Shown piece by piece: positions 48,444-58,388 of a stretch of 64,000 nt of DNA (position 1 is the stretch's first letter; every line of letters starts with the position of its first letter). The notes below the pieces were generated by a model that was not told where the DNA came from, did not search any database, and was given only the letters and a program-made list of their open reading frames with translations. Origin of the DNA: a bacterium (GTDB lineage Bacteria > Patescibacteriota > Patescibacteriia > JAGPKW01); NCBI GenBank assembly GCA_021780535.1, contig JAJXYN010000012.1:69688-133687 (forward strand), written 5' to 3'. The position numbers and the translations under genes were made by a program.

Positions 48444-50459
48444 ATGAACAGAATTTCAGAAAAACCAAAAAGAAAGAAAAAAATTATAATTTCTATAATT
48501 CTTGTTGTTCTTGTTATTATAGGGTTTGTTATTTTTAATACAATTTCTAAACAAGCTTCTGGTGAAACCAAATATACTATGGGTGCTGTAACAAAAGATA
48601 TGTTTATAAAAACATTATCTGGTGGTGGTCAGGTTTATGCTTCAAATCAATATGATATTAAATCTAAAGTATCAACAACTATAACTGATGTTTTGAAAAA
48701 AAATGGAGATAAGGTTAAAAAAGGTGATATAATTTTAAAATTAGATTCTTCAGATTTGAGTCAACAATTAAGAAGTGCTCAAAATAATTTAGCTAATGCA
48801 GAACTTAATTATCAAAAGGCTATTGCTCCAGCCGATGCTGTTAGTTTGGCTCAAGCTCAATCTTCTTTACAAAGTGCAAAAGATAATTTAGAAAAATTAA
48901 AATCTTCTCAAATAACAAATTTATCTTCTGCTAATGACGCTGTTACAAATGCACAAATTTCAGTTTCTAATTCTTATGCAACGACTTTGAATAATATAGA
49001 TACTGCTTTTGCTGGTTTTAACACGATAATTAATGATTCTCAGCAAGTTCTTTATTTGACAGATACTCTTTTACCACAAGATATAACTGGTAATTCTACC
49101 ACTGATCAAAATCTTATAGATATAAATGCATTTTGGAATGTTACTATACCAAAATATTGGCAAGATATTTTAAATTCTACAAATTTTGATTCTGATTCTG
49201 ATAAACAAACATTGCAAACTCTTATACAAAAAGCTACTATTTATTATAAAAATGCGCAAATTATTTACGGAAAGAATGTTATTGATTATAGAAATTTAAA
49301 TAAAACATCTTCTAACGACCAAATAAAGGCGTTTTTGGATGAGGCTATAGCAACATCTCAGTCTATCTCTGATTGTGTTAGAGGATTGAATAATGTTTAT
49401 GGTTATTATATAGATTATAGTAATCAAAGACACAGAACTCTATATTCTAGTATAAATTCTTATAATAATACATTAAAAACAGACACGATTTCAGCCACGA
49501 ATTATCTATCTTCTTTAACTAGCTCTAAAACTGGTTCTAATGGTATTTATGGTGCGGAATCAAATTATCAAGATGCTGTTAATGCTTTAAATTCATTAAA
49601 ACAAACTCAGCCAATGGATCTTAGTGCTGCTCAAAATAATTTGGATATTCAACAAAAATCTTATGATAAATTAAAAAATGGCCCAACGGCATTAGATATA
49701 AAATCTTATCAATTATCTATTGCTTCTGCTCAAGCATCCCTTGCAGATACACAATCTCAACTATCTAATTATATTATAACATCTCCAATAGATGGGGTTA
49801 TAGCTAATCTTCCAGCTTCTGTTGGTAACGATATAACCAACGGAACTACATTGGTTAGTATTGTTAGTCCGGATAGTATTGCTGAATTAACTTTTAATGA
49901 AATTGATGTTGCAAAAATAAAAATTGGACAAAAGGCTACTTTAACTTTTGATGCTATCCCGGATTTAAATTTGACTGGGGAAGTTATAGATATAGATACT
50001 CTAGGTACAGTTTCTCAAGGAGTTGTTTCTTATACTGTTAAAATTGCTTTTGATACTAATGATTCAAGAATTATGCCTGGCATGAGTGTGAATGCGGATG
50101 TTGTAATAACTGCAAATAGTGATGTATTGCTTGTTCCTAATGCTGCCATTAAAACTTCAACATCTGATGGCTCTAGTTATGTCCAAGTTTTCCCTGATAA
50201 TAAATCAACGGGGACGATTACTTCTTCAACTCCTCCTGTTGAAAAAACCGTTGAAGTTGGTTTAAGCAATGATAGTTATACAGAGATTACAAGTGGTTTA
50301 AATGAAGGTGATTTGGTTGTTGTAAAGACAACTATCCCAACTACAACTTCTAAAACTTCTGGCTCTAGTTTACTTCCTGTTGGTGGTGCTAATAGATCTG
50401 GCTTTGGTGGTGGTACTGGTAATATGAGATCATCTGGTGCTGCTAGAATTGGTGGATAA
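48444..50459 (+). CDS. HlyD/MacA-type membrane fusion protein
   Basis: GDKVKKGD, SPIDGVI, EIDVAKIKIGQ, PGMS, GLNEGD. Confidence 0.9.
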   Translation: MNRISEKPKRKKKIIISIILVVLVIIGFVIFNTISKQASGETKYTMGAVTKDMFIKTLSGGGQVYASNQYDIKSKVSTTITDVLKKNGDKVKKGDIILKLDSSDLSQQLRSAQNNLANAELNYQKAIAPADAVSLAQAQSSLQSAKDNLEKLKSSQITNLSSANDAVTNAQISVSNSYATTLNNIDTAFAGFNTIINDSQQVLYLTDTLLPQDITGNSTTDQNLIDINAFWNVTIPKYWQDILNSTNFDSDSDKQTLQTLIQKATIYYKNAQIIYGKNVIDYRNLNKTSSNDQIKAFLDEAIATSQSISDCVRGLNNVYGYYIDYSNQRHRTLYSSINSYNNTLKTDTISATNYLSSLTSSKTGSNGIYGAESNYQDAVNALNSLKQTQPMDLSAAQNNLDIQQKSYDKLKNGPTALDIKSYQLSIASAQASLADTQSQLSNYIITSPIDGVIANLPASVGNDITNGTTLVSIVSPDSIAELTFNEIDVAKIKIGQKATLTFDAIPDLNLTGEVIDIDTLGTVSQGVVSYTVKIAFDTNDSRIMPGMSVNADVVITANSDVLLVPNAAIKTSTSDGSSYVQVFPDNKSTGTITSSTPPVEKTVEVGLSNDSYTEITSGLNEGDLVVVKTTIPTTTSKTSGSSLLPVGGANRSGFGGGTGNMRSSGAARIGG

Positions 50460-50473
50460 TTATAATAAATTAT

Positions 50474-51193
50474 ATGAAAAAAAATAAAAATATAATTGAA
50501 TGTAAAAATATAACTAAAACATATATTAATGGTGGTATTGAAACAAAAGTTTTAAAAGGTATTTCTTTTGAGATTAAAGAAGGTGAATTTGTTGCTATTA
50601 TGGGACCATCTGGTTCTGGGAAATCAACATTAATGCATATATTGGGTGCATTAGATGTTGCTACTAGTGGTGAATATCTTTTAGATGAACACAATGTTTC
50701 AACTTTTACAGATGATGAATTAGCTGATATTAGAATGAACAAAATTGGGTTTGTTTTTCAAGCTTTTAATCTTTTGCCACGTACTACTGTTATGAGGAAT
50801 GTTATGCTTCCTTTAATATATCAAAACGTTCCAGAAGATGAGGCTGAGGATAGAGCTGTGGAAGCTTTAAAAAGTGCTAGTTTTGATGAGGCTAGAATAT
50901 ATAATTTATCAAATCAATTATCTGGAGGACAAATGCAAAGAGTTGCTATTGCTAGAGCTTTAATTAATGATCCATCATTGATATTAGCTGATGAACCAAC
51001 TGGTAATCTTGATAGTAAAACCGGAGAGATTGTTTTAGCTACTTTTGAAAAACTTAATAAAGAAGATGGACATACTATAGTTTTAATTACTCACGAACCT
51101 GACATAGCTATGCATGCTGACAGAACTATTGTTTTAAAAGATGGAGTAATAATTGAAGATAGGGATAATGTTAAATTAAAAATTAAGAAATAA
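50474..51193 (+). CDS. ABC transporter ATP-binding protein (MacB/LolD type)
   Basis: GPSGSGKST, LSGGQMQRVAIARAL, LADEPTGNLD. Confidence 0.95.
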   Translation: MKKNKNIIECKNITKTYINGGIETKVLKGISFEIKEGEFVAIMGPSGSGKSTLMHILGALDVATSGEYLLDEHNVSTFTDDELADIRMNKIGFVFQAFNLLPRTTVMRNVMLPLIYQNVPEDEAEDRAVEALKSASFDEARIYNLSNQLSGGQMQRVAIARALINDPSLILADEPTGNLDSKTGEIVLATFEKLNKEDGHTIVLITHEPDIAMHADRTIVLKDGVIIEDRDNVKLKIKK

Positions 51194-51202
51194 AAAAATA
51201 AA

Positions 51203-52441
51203 ATGAAACCATATTATTTTTTAAAAGAAGTTTATTATGCTCTCGTATCTAATAAGGTTAGATCTGGCCTTACTGTTCTTGGTATTGTTATAGGTATTGC
51301 TTCTGTAATTTCTATGATAGCTATAGGTCAAGGTTCACAGAATAGTATAAAAGCTAGTGTTGAATCGTTGGGATCTAATCTTATAATTGTTACACCTGGA
51401 CAGCAAAGAGGTTTTGGTTTTCAAGTTAGTGGTGGTAGGGGCGGAGCTCAAACTTTAACTTCAGCTGACGCTGATGCAATATCTCAAAATGTTTCATCAA
51501 TACAAATAATGGACCAAGAATTAAATGGTAGATATCAATTAATAGGAAAAGGAACTAATACAAATACATCTGTAATGGGAACAACAGAAAATTATCCAAG
51601 TGTGAGAAATGTCCAAATTGATCAGGGGAATTTTATATCATCTGCTGATGTTTCTAATATGAATAAAGTTGTTGTTCTTGGTGCAACTGTATTAACTGAT
51701 CTTTTTGGTGATGGAACAGATCCGGCTTCTGTTATTGGACAAACTATTCAAATAAAAACATTGCAAGTAAAAATTATAGGCGTTACGAAGGCTAAAGGTG
51801 GTAACGGATTTAATAATCAAGACGACATGGTTTATATACCATTAACAACAGCTCAACATTATTTAGCGGGTACTAAAACTAAATATATTAGCACACTTGC
51901 TATCCAGGCTGTTGATGAACAATCTATGAGTGATATACAAAATCAAGTAACGCAATTACTTTTAACACGTCATAATATTTCTGATCCAACTGCTGCTGAT
52001 TTTACAGTTACTAATCAATCAGATGTTGTTTCTACGGCGTCTTCTGTAACTGGTACTTTTACAACATTACTTGGTGCTGTTGCTGGTATATCTTTGGTTG
52101 TTGGTGGTATTGGTATTATGAATATGATGCTTACAACCGTTACAGAGAGAACAAGAGAAATAGGACTACGAAAAGCTATTGGAGCAAAAAGAAAAGATAT
52201 AAATTTACAATTTTTGGCGGAAGCTGTTGCTTTAACTTTCATAGGTGGCGCTATAGGAATTTTACTTGGTTGGATAGTTTCAATGATTGTTACAAAATTT
52301 AGCGGTATTGCTACACAAGTTTCTTTATCTTCTGTAATTCTTTCATTTGGTGTTTCTGCTTTAATCGGTGTTGTGTTTGGATATTATCCAGCAAATAGAG
52401 CTTCAAAATTAAGTCCAATAGAGGCGTTAAAATATGAATAA
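51203..52441 (+). CDS. ABC transporter permease (MacB/FtsX type)
   Basis: RSGLTVLGIVIG, VTERTREIGLRKAIGA, PIEALKYE. Confidence 0.95.
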   Translation: MKPYYFLKEVYYALVSNKVRSGLTVLGIVIGIASVISMIAIGQGSQNSIKASVESLGSNLIIVTPGQQRGFGFQVSGGRGGAQTLTSADADAISQNVSSIQIMDQELNGRYQLIGKGTNTNTSVMGTTENYPSVRNVQIDQGNFISSADVSNMNKVVVLGATVLTDLFGDGTDPASVIGQTIQIKTLQVKIIGVTKAKGGNGFNNQDDMVYIPLTTAQHYLAGTKTKYISTLAIQAVDEQSMSDIQNQVTQLLLTRHNISDPTAADFTVTNQSDVVSTASSVTGTFTTLLGAVAGISLVVGGIGIMNMMLTTVTERTREIGLRKAIGAKRKDINLQFLAEAVALTFIGGAIGILLGWIVSMIVTKFSGIATQVSLSSVILSFGVSALIGVVFGYYPANRASKLSPIEALKYE

Positions 52442-52464
52442 AATTAAAAAATAAAATAAATTAT

Positions 52465-52929
52465 ATGGAAAAAAATAATATGAATAAACAAATTGCTATA
52501 TTTATCGTATCTATAATAATAGTTGGAGGTGGTTCTTTTTTTGGTGGCATGCAATTTCAAAAAAGCCAAAAAACTTCAAATTCAAGTTTTGGAAATTTTC
52601 AAAGACAAGGTGGTGGAATTGGTACTGGAATGACAAGAAGAAATAATGGTGGTGGTTTTTCTAATGGTACTATTTTATCTATGGATGATAAAAGTATTAC
52701 TTTAAAACTTAGGAACGGTGGTTCTCAGATCATATTTTTTGGAGATTCAACTTCAATTTTAAAATCGGATACTGGTGCTAAAAGTGATTTAGCTGTTGAC
52801 CAAAATATTACTGTTACTGGCAAAACTAATTCAGATGGTAGTGTGACTGCTAATTCTATTCAAATAATGCCGATAAGACCTATAAATAATACAGTTAGTA
52901 ATCAACCTCTTATACCAGCTAATAATTAA
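52465..52929 (+). CDS. Membrane-anchored DUF5666-like protein
   Basis: FFGGMQF, G.I.S.D, DGSVTANSIQI. Confidence 0.65.
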   Translation: MEKNNMNKQIAIFIVSIIIVGGGSFFGGMQFQKSQKTSNSSFGNFQRQGGGIGTGMTRRNNGGGFSNGTILSMDDKSITLKLRNGGSQIIFFGDSTSILKSDTGAKSDLAVDQNITVTGKTNSDGSVTANSIQIMPIRPINNTVSNQPLIPANN

Positions 52930-52960
52930 ATTTCTAAAATATAAAAAATAATTATATTTT

Positions 52961-53545
52961 ATGGACCAAGCTTCTGATATTGAACTTATAAATAAATATT
53001 TAAAAAATAATGATCAAGAGTCATTTAATCTTTTGATAAAAAAATATTTAGATATGATTTATAATTTTACTTGTATTTATGTTGGAAACAAAGAAGATGT
53101 AGATGATGTTGTGCAAAATACTTTCGTAAAAGTTTGGAAAAATATAAAAAAATTTAATATTGATAAAAATTTTAAAACTTGGATATTTGAAATAGCAAAA
53201 AATACATCACTAGATTATTTAAAAAAGAAAAAAAATATTAATTTTTCTGAATTAAATAATTCTAGTGATAATGATGATGAATTTATAAATTTAATAAAAG
53301 ATGATAACTTTTCTCCAAGTGAGATTTTTGAGAACAAAGAGAACGCTTATTTGGTAAAATCAGAAATTGAAAAGCTTTCAATAAAGTATAAACAAATAAT
53401 AAATCTTTATTATTTTAATGATTTTAACTTTAGGGAGATTTCTGAAATATTAAAAGAGTCTATAGACACAGTAAAAAGTAAGCACAGAAGAGCATTAATC
53501 TTACTTAGAGAAAATTTAAATAAAAATCGTAACATAATTAATTAA
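52961..53545 (+). CDS. ECF-family RNA polymerase sigma factor
   Basis: DVVQNTFVKVW, FKTWIFEIAKN, EISEIL..TVKSKHRRA. Confidence 0.92.
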   Translation: MDQASDIELINKYLKNNDQESFNLLIKKYLDMIYNFTCIYVGNKEDVDDVVQNTFVKVWKNIKKFNIDKNFKTWIFEIAKNTSLDYLKKKKNINFSELNNSSDNDDEFINLIKDDNFSPSEIFENKENAYLVKSEIEKLSIKYKQIINLYYFNDFNFREISEILKESIDTVKSKHRRALILLRENLNKNRNIIN

Positions 53546-53622
53546 TTTAAAATTGTTACGATTTTTGTTTTCGCTAATATTTACTTTTTTAATAAAATAA
53601 TGTATTATATAACTTGTTAAAT

Positions 53623-53697
53623 GGCCTCATCGTCTAGTGGTTAGGACATATCCTTCTCAAGGATGGAACCGGAGTTCGATTCTCCGTGGGGCTACCA
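53623..53697 (+). tRNA. tRNA-Glu (CTC)
   Basis: GGCCTCA/TGGGGCT acceptor stem, TATCC-TTCTCAA-GGATG anticodon arm, CGGAG-TTCGATT-CTCCG T arm, encoded CCA. Confidence 0.95.
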
Positions 53698-53726
53698 AAA
53701 AATTAATAATTTAATAATTTAAAAAA

Positions 53727-53912
53727 ATGAAGATAGAAAAAGACATTGAAGAAAAAAAATTAGCCAATTCATCTATTTCATCTTTTGAATCTGATGATTG
53801 GGATGAAGAAGATTGTGATTGTGAAGAAGGTTGTTGTGATAGTGAAGACGTAGAGGGGAATTGTCCAGCTAGTGGATGTATTGGATGTTCTGGCGGACAT
53901 TGTAGTAGATAG
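53727..53912 (+). CDS. Small acidic Cys-rich protein (61 aa)
   Basis: CDCEEGCC...CPASGCIGCSGGHC. Confidence 0.65.
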   Translation: MKIEKDIEEKKLANSSISSFESDDWDEEDCDCEEGCCDSEDVEGNCPASGCIGCSGGHCSR

Positions 53913-54071
53913 TAAAATTGTACGTGACTTTTCACGTATTTTTTATTTAAGTTTATAAACATTGAATAATAATATTTTACACTTCATTTGTTATTTTATA
54001 AGTGATATAATAAAAGAAAATAATTATCTCTAATTTAGATTTGGTAACTATTAAAAAAGGTAAAACAAATT

Positions 54072-56291
54072 ATGATTGTAGATCCTAAAGAACTTACAAT
54101 TATTGGCGAAACCAATTTCCGTAATATGAGAAAAAAGTTTGGCATAAAAGTTGACGATAGACGTCGTCATGTTTATGTTATTGGAAAATCTGGTTCTGGT
54201 AAATCTGCTCTTCTAGAAAATATGATCATGCAAGATATTATGAACGGCAACGGATGTTGTGTCATGGATCCTCATGGAGAATTAGCAGAATCTATTGTTA
54301 GATGTATTCCTCCAGAAAGACAGAAAGATGTTATTTATTTTAATCCATCTGATGTAGAATATCCTATTGCTTTTAATATTTTAGAAGGTACTGGGGATGA
54401 TTCTAGTAAAAATTTAGTAACTTCTGGTCTTATTGGTATATTTAAAAAAATATGGGCTGATTCTTGGGGACCTAGACTTGAATATGTTTTGAGAAATACT
54501 ATTCTATCTCTTATGTATGCTGAAGGGAGTACTCTTCTTGGAATTAATAGAATGCTTACTGATAAAAAATACAGAAACTCTGTTCTTGAAAATGTTCACG
54601 ATCCTATTTTGAAAGCTTTTTGGACTCAAGAATACGAAAATTATCCTGCAAAAGAATTGCCAATGATTATAAGCCCTATACAAAATAAAGTTGGACAGTT
54701 TTTGTCTAACCCTATTGTTCGTAATATTCTTGGTCAACCGAATAGTACTATAGATTTGAGAGAAATAATGGATAAGAAAAAAATATTTTTAGTAAATCTT
54801 TCAAAGGGTAGAATTGGTGAAGATAATTCATCTCTTATTGGTTCTATGATTGTTACAAAATTATATTTGGCAGCAATGAGCCGTGTTAATATTTCAGAGA
54901 GTGAAAGAAGTGATTTTTATCTTTATGTAGATGAATTTCAAAATTTTGCTACGGATTCTTTCGCAGATATTTTATCAGAAGCTAGAAAATATAGACTTGC
55001 ACTTATTATTGCTCATCAATATGTATTACAACTTCCAGAAAAAGTTTCTGATGCTATTTTTGGTAATGGAGGTACGTTAATAACTTTTCGTCTTGGACCA
55101 CAAGATGCTGAAATTTTTGAAAAAGAATTTGGGCCAGATTTTTTATTGGAAGATTTGGTAAATATTCCAAAATATAATATTGTTCTAAAACTTCTTATAG
55201 ATGGAGTTGCGTCTAGATCTTTTTCAGCAGCTACGCTTCCCCCTATAACAAAAACTATTGGATATGAAGATAGGTCAGCTTTTATTATTGCTGAATCAAG
55301 AAAAAAATACTCAAGAAGTAAAGATCTTGTTGAAAATCAGATTAGAGAATGGAGTATGAGTGAAGATGAGAGGCGTTCTGTAGAAAAAAAGAAAAAAGAA
55401 GAAGATTTTAAAAAAGAAAATTCTATTAAAGGTATTGTTGAGGAAAAAACTGGAGAAAAAATGTATTATACTAATTGTTGGGTTTGTGGTATGAAAATAG
55501 AAGTTCCATTCGCCCCAGATGATAAAAGACCTATATATTGTATTGATGATTTAAAAAAAGTTAGAGAAAAAATAATTCAAGAACCTATATTTAATAGATT
55601 TGTTGAAAATAAAGAAAAAAAAATAGAGAAAAATAAAAAAGAAGAAAAAAGAGAACAAAAACCAAGACAAGAAAATAATATTAATAATAAACAACAAGAT
55701 AGAAATAGAGAAAATAAAAAAGAAAGCATAAAGAGAGATGATAATAGAAATAAAGATGGGAGAGATAATAAACAACAAAACAACAACCAACAAAGACAAG
55801 ATATAAAAAAACCTGTTGAGCAAGTTGTGAGACCTATAATAAATAATAATATTGGAAAAATTATTCCTATTGAAGAAGAAAAATTAATTAAACCAATAAT
55901 TAAAGAAATAATTATTGAACCTGAAAAAGAAATAAAAAAAATAGAAGAAGTTAAACCAGTTATTAAAATAGAACAACCAAAAGAAGAAATAAAAGAGTTG
56001 GACTTTAAATCTATGCTTGGAGATATTATGAAGGAAACTGGAATAGAGGAAAAACAAAAAAGAGAAAAAATGGAAAAAGAAAAAAATGAAAAAGGGATAG
56101 AAAAAGAAAATGAAAAATTAATTGAACCAATACAAGATATAAAAGAGATTGAAAATGTTATTATTAAACCAGGAATGAGTTTGAATCAATTAAAAGAGAA
56201 GAGTTTTGATGAGATTAAACAAGAATTAAGTCAAAATAATAAGAATAATCAGTCTAATATTTTAAAGGCTGGAGAAGTTATTAAATTATAG
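54072..56291 (+). CDS. VirD4/TraD/HerA-like ATPase with zinc-ribbon and low-complexity C-terminus
   Basis: RRRHVYVIGKSGSGKS, DPHGE, YVDEFQNF, EARKY, AHQY and CWVC...PF.P...RPIYC. Confidence 0.85.
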   Translation: MIVDPKELTIIGETNFRNMRKKFGIKVDDRRRHVYVIGKSGSGKSALLENMIMQDIMNGNGCCVMDPHGELAESIVRCIPPERQKDVIYFNPSDVEYPIAFNILEGTGDDSSKNLVTSGLIGIFKKIWADSWGPRLEYVLRNTILSLMYAEGSTLLGINRMLTDKKYRNSVLENVHDPILKAFWTQEYENYPAKELPMIISPIQNKVGQFLSNPIVRNILGQPNSTIDLREIMDKKKIFLVNLSKGRIGEDNSSLIGSMIVTKLYLAAMSRVNISESERSDFYLYVDEFQNFATDSFADILSEARKYRLALIIAHQYVLQLPEKVSDAIFGNGGTLITFRLGPQDAEIFEKEFGPDFLLEDLVNIPKYNIVLKLLIDGVASRSFSAATLPPITKTIGYEDRSAFIIAESRKKYSRSKDLVENQIREWSMSEDERRSVEKKKKEEDFKKENSIKGIVEEKTGEKMYYTNCWVCGMKIEVPFAPDDKRPIYCIDDLKKVREKIIQEPIFNRFVENKEKKIEKNKKEEKREQKPRQENNINNKQQDRNRENKKESIKRDDNRNKDGRDNKQQNNNQQRQDIKKPVEQVVRPIINNNIGKIIPIEEEKLIKPIIKEIIIEPEKEIKKIEEVKPVIKIEQPKEEIKELDFKSMLGDIMKETGIEEKQKREKMEKEKNEKGIEKENEKLIEPIQDIKEIENVIIKPGMSLNQLKEKSFDEIKQELSQNNKNNQSNILKAGEVIKL

Positions 56292-56293
56292 TT

Positions 56294-57586
56294 ATGAATA
56301 ATTATAAAAAGGGAAGTAATTTCATAATAATTATATTTGTGGTTCTCGTACTACTTCCTTCTTTTGTTTTGGTTCCTATAACTAACTTTATATTAAATAA
56401 TGGTGGTGTGGCGTTTTTAGAACTACCTATATTTGCAAAAATATCCGCCTTTATAGCATCTTTTTCTACGATGCTTGGTATTTTTATGATCTATAGACAA
56501 ATAGAAAAAGATAAGAAGGTTAATTCTTCTAGGTTCTTGGTAGATCTAAATGATTCTATAATGTCATTTGAAAGTACTAGAAATGTTTATAAAAAGTTAT
56601 TAGATCTTGAAGATAAGAAATATGATAGAAAGCTTTATGAAAAAGCTTTTAAAACTGATGAGGATAAATATAATTTATTGTCATATTTTGGTTTTTTTGA
56701 AAATTTACAATTTTTTTTAGAAAAGAAAATAATTAAAATCTCGGAAATAAATGATTTATTTTCTAAAAGATTTTTTATAGCTATTAATAATCCTTATATT
56801 CAAGAGGAAATATCAAAAAATGCTGAATCTTGGGTGAATATTTATAAATTATATAAAACTTTTGTTGTTTATAAAAATGATAAAAATATTAAAATCCCGT
56901 ATAAACAATATGCTTTATCAAAGACAAAAGAATATTCTAAATATTCGAAAAACTATTTCAATTATAAATCAATTAAAAACAATTTATTTATAATATTTAT
57001 TTTATCATCATCTATTTTTACATTGTTGTTGTTTTTTTTGTTGATTGCATTTGGTTATCCTGTAAATAATATTTCTAGTATAATAGGTTCTTGTGGTACA
57101 GTTATTGGTGCTTTAGCTATATTTTTTCAACTTAATGTGGAGAATGGAATAAATAAATCTAGATTTCTTTTTGAATTGAATAAATCATTTCTCTCTAAAG
57201 AATATTTTAAAGAAATAAATGTTTTAGCTTCATATAATATTAATTATAATAAAAAATTTAATTTAAAAAATAATTTGTTTAGTAAGGTAAAAATAGAAAA
57301 TTTGTTTAATTATTTAACATTTTTTGAATCAATAAATATAATGTTAGAAAACCATGGATTAGATGCTTCTGAAATAAATTCATTTTTTGGTTTTAGATTT
57401 TTTGTTGTAGTAAATAATCCTTATATTCAAGATATTTTATTAATAAAAGATGCTGTATATTTTAAAAATATTTATAGATTGCATGATAAATTAATAAAAT
57501 ATAGAAAATTTAAGTTTTTAGATGTTATATATGGTAACTATTCTTTAGAAAAAAGATATCAAAACTATAAGCAATTATTAAAATAA
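56294..57586 (+). CDS. Membrane protein with an internally duplicated (TM-TM-helical) module
   Basis: Two halves, each with RFL..LN...FFE.....EIN..F..RFF...NNPYIQ. Confidence 0.75.
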   Translation: MNNYKKGSNFIIIIFVVLVLLPSFVLVPITNFILNNGGVAFLELPIFAKISAFIASFSTMLGIFMIYRQIEKDKKVNSSRFLVDLNDSIMSFESTRNVYKKLLDLEDKKYDRKLYEKAFKTDEDKYNLLSYFGFFENLQFFLEKKIIKISEINDLFSKRFFIAINNPYIQEEISKNAESWVNIYKLYKTFVVYKNDKNIKIPYKQYALSKTKEYSKYSKNYFNYKSIKNNLFIIFILSSSIFTLLLFFLLIAFGYPVNNISSIIGSCGTVIGALAIFFQLNVENGINKSRFLFELNKSFLSKEYFKEINVLASYNINYNKKFNLKNNLFSKVKIENLFNYLTFFESINIMLENHGLDASEINSFFGFRFFVVVNNPYIQDILLIKDAVYFKNIYRLHDKLIKYRKFKFLDVIYGNYSLEKRYQNYKQLLK

Positions 57587-58388
57587 AAATGGATAAAATA
57601 AAAAAATTAGGAATAATTGGTGGTTTGGGACCAGAATCAACAGCTAGATTTTATTTAGATATTATAAAATATTTTAAGATAAAAAATCCGAATACATATC
57701 CATCTATTGTTATAGATAGTGTTTCTTTTGATAAACATTTAGAGGGAGAAATAATTGTTGAAAACAAAAATGAGAATAAAATGAAAGAGATATTGATTAA
57801 TAGTGCTAAAAAAATTAAAAGATCAGGTGCTGATATATGTGTTATGCCCTGTAATACGTTACATATATTTTTTAATGATATATCAAAAAATATGAAAATG
57901 ATTAGTATTATAGATTCTGTTATTAATGAAATTAAAATTAAAAAATTAAAAAAAGTTTTATTATTAGCTACTACAAAAACAATTGAATCTAAAATATATT
58001 CAAACGCTTTTTTAAAAAATAAAATAAATTTCATAATACCATCCAGCGTTGATCAGAAAAAGATATCTCAAATAATAATAAAAATATTAGATAATAAATA
58101 TGTTAAAAAAGATTTTGAACTATTAAAAAAAATAATATATAAATTCAAGAAAAATGGTGTAGATTCAATAATTCTAGGTTGCACGGATTTTGATATTATT
58201 CTGGATGATTTAAAAAAACTAGATATAAAAATTATAGATTCTTTAGATGTTTTAGCTAAAACAACGGTAGAATATTTAATTATTTAACATTTTTTGAATC
58301 AATAAATATAATGTTGGAAAATCATGGATTAGATGTTCCTGAAATAAATTCATTTTTTGGTTTTAGATTTTTTATTGTAGTAAATAAT
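57305..58388. repeat. 114-bp direct repeat pair (57305-57418 and 58275-58388)
   Basis: 5 substitutions between copies, 970-bp period. Confidence 0.9.
57589..58287 (+). CDS. Aspartate/glutamate racemase family protein
   Basis: GIIGGLGPEST, PCNTLH, ILGCTD. Confidence 0.9.
   Translation: MDKIKKLGIIGGLGPESTARFYLDIIKYFKIKNPNTYPSIVIDSVSFDKHLEGEIIVENKNENKMKEILINSAKKIKRSGADICVMPCNTLHIFFNDISKNMKMISIIDSVINEIKIKKLKKVLLLATTKTIESKIYSNAFLKNKINFIIPSSVDQKKISQIIIKILDNKYVKKDFELLKKIIYKFKKNGVDSIILGCTDFDIILDDLKKLDIKIIDSLDVLAKTTVEYLII

Noticed and set aside
53623-53697. tRNA-Glu as an integration site
   Set aside because: No duplicated tRNA 3' end and no adjacent integrase were seen.
57305-58388. DGR template/variable repeat pair
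   Set aside because: The differences include C/T changes in both directions rather than being adenine-specific, and there is no reverse transcriptase in the window.
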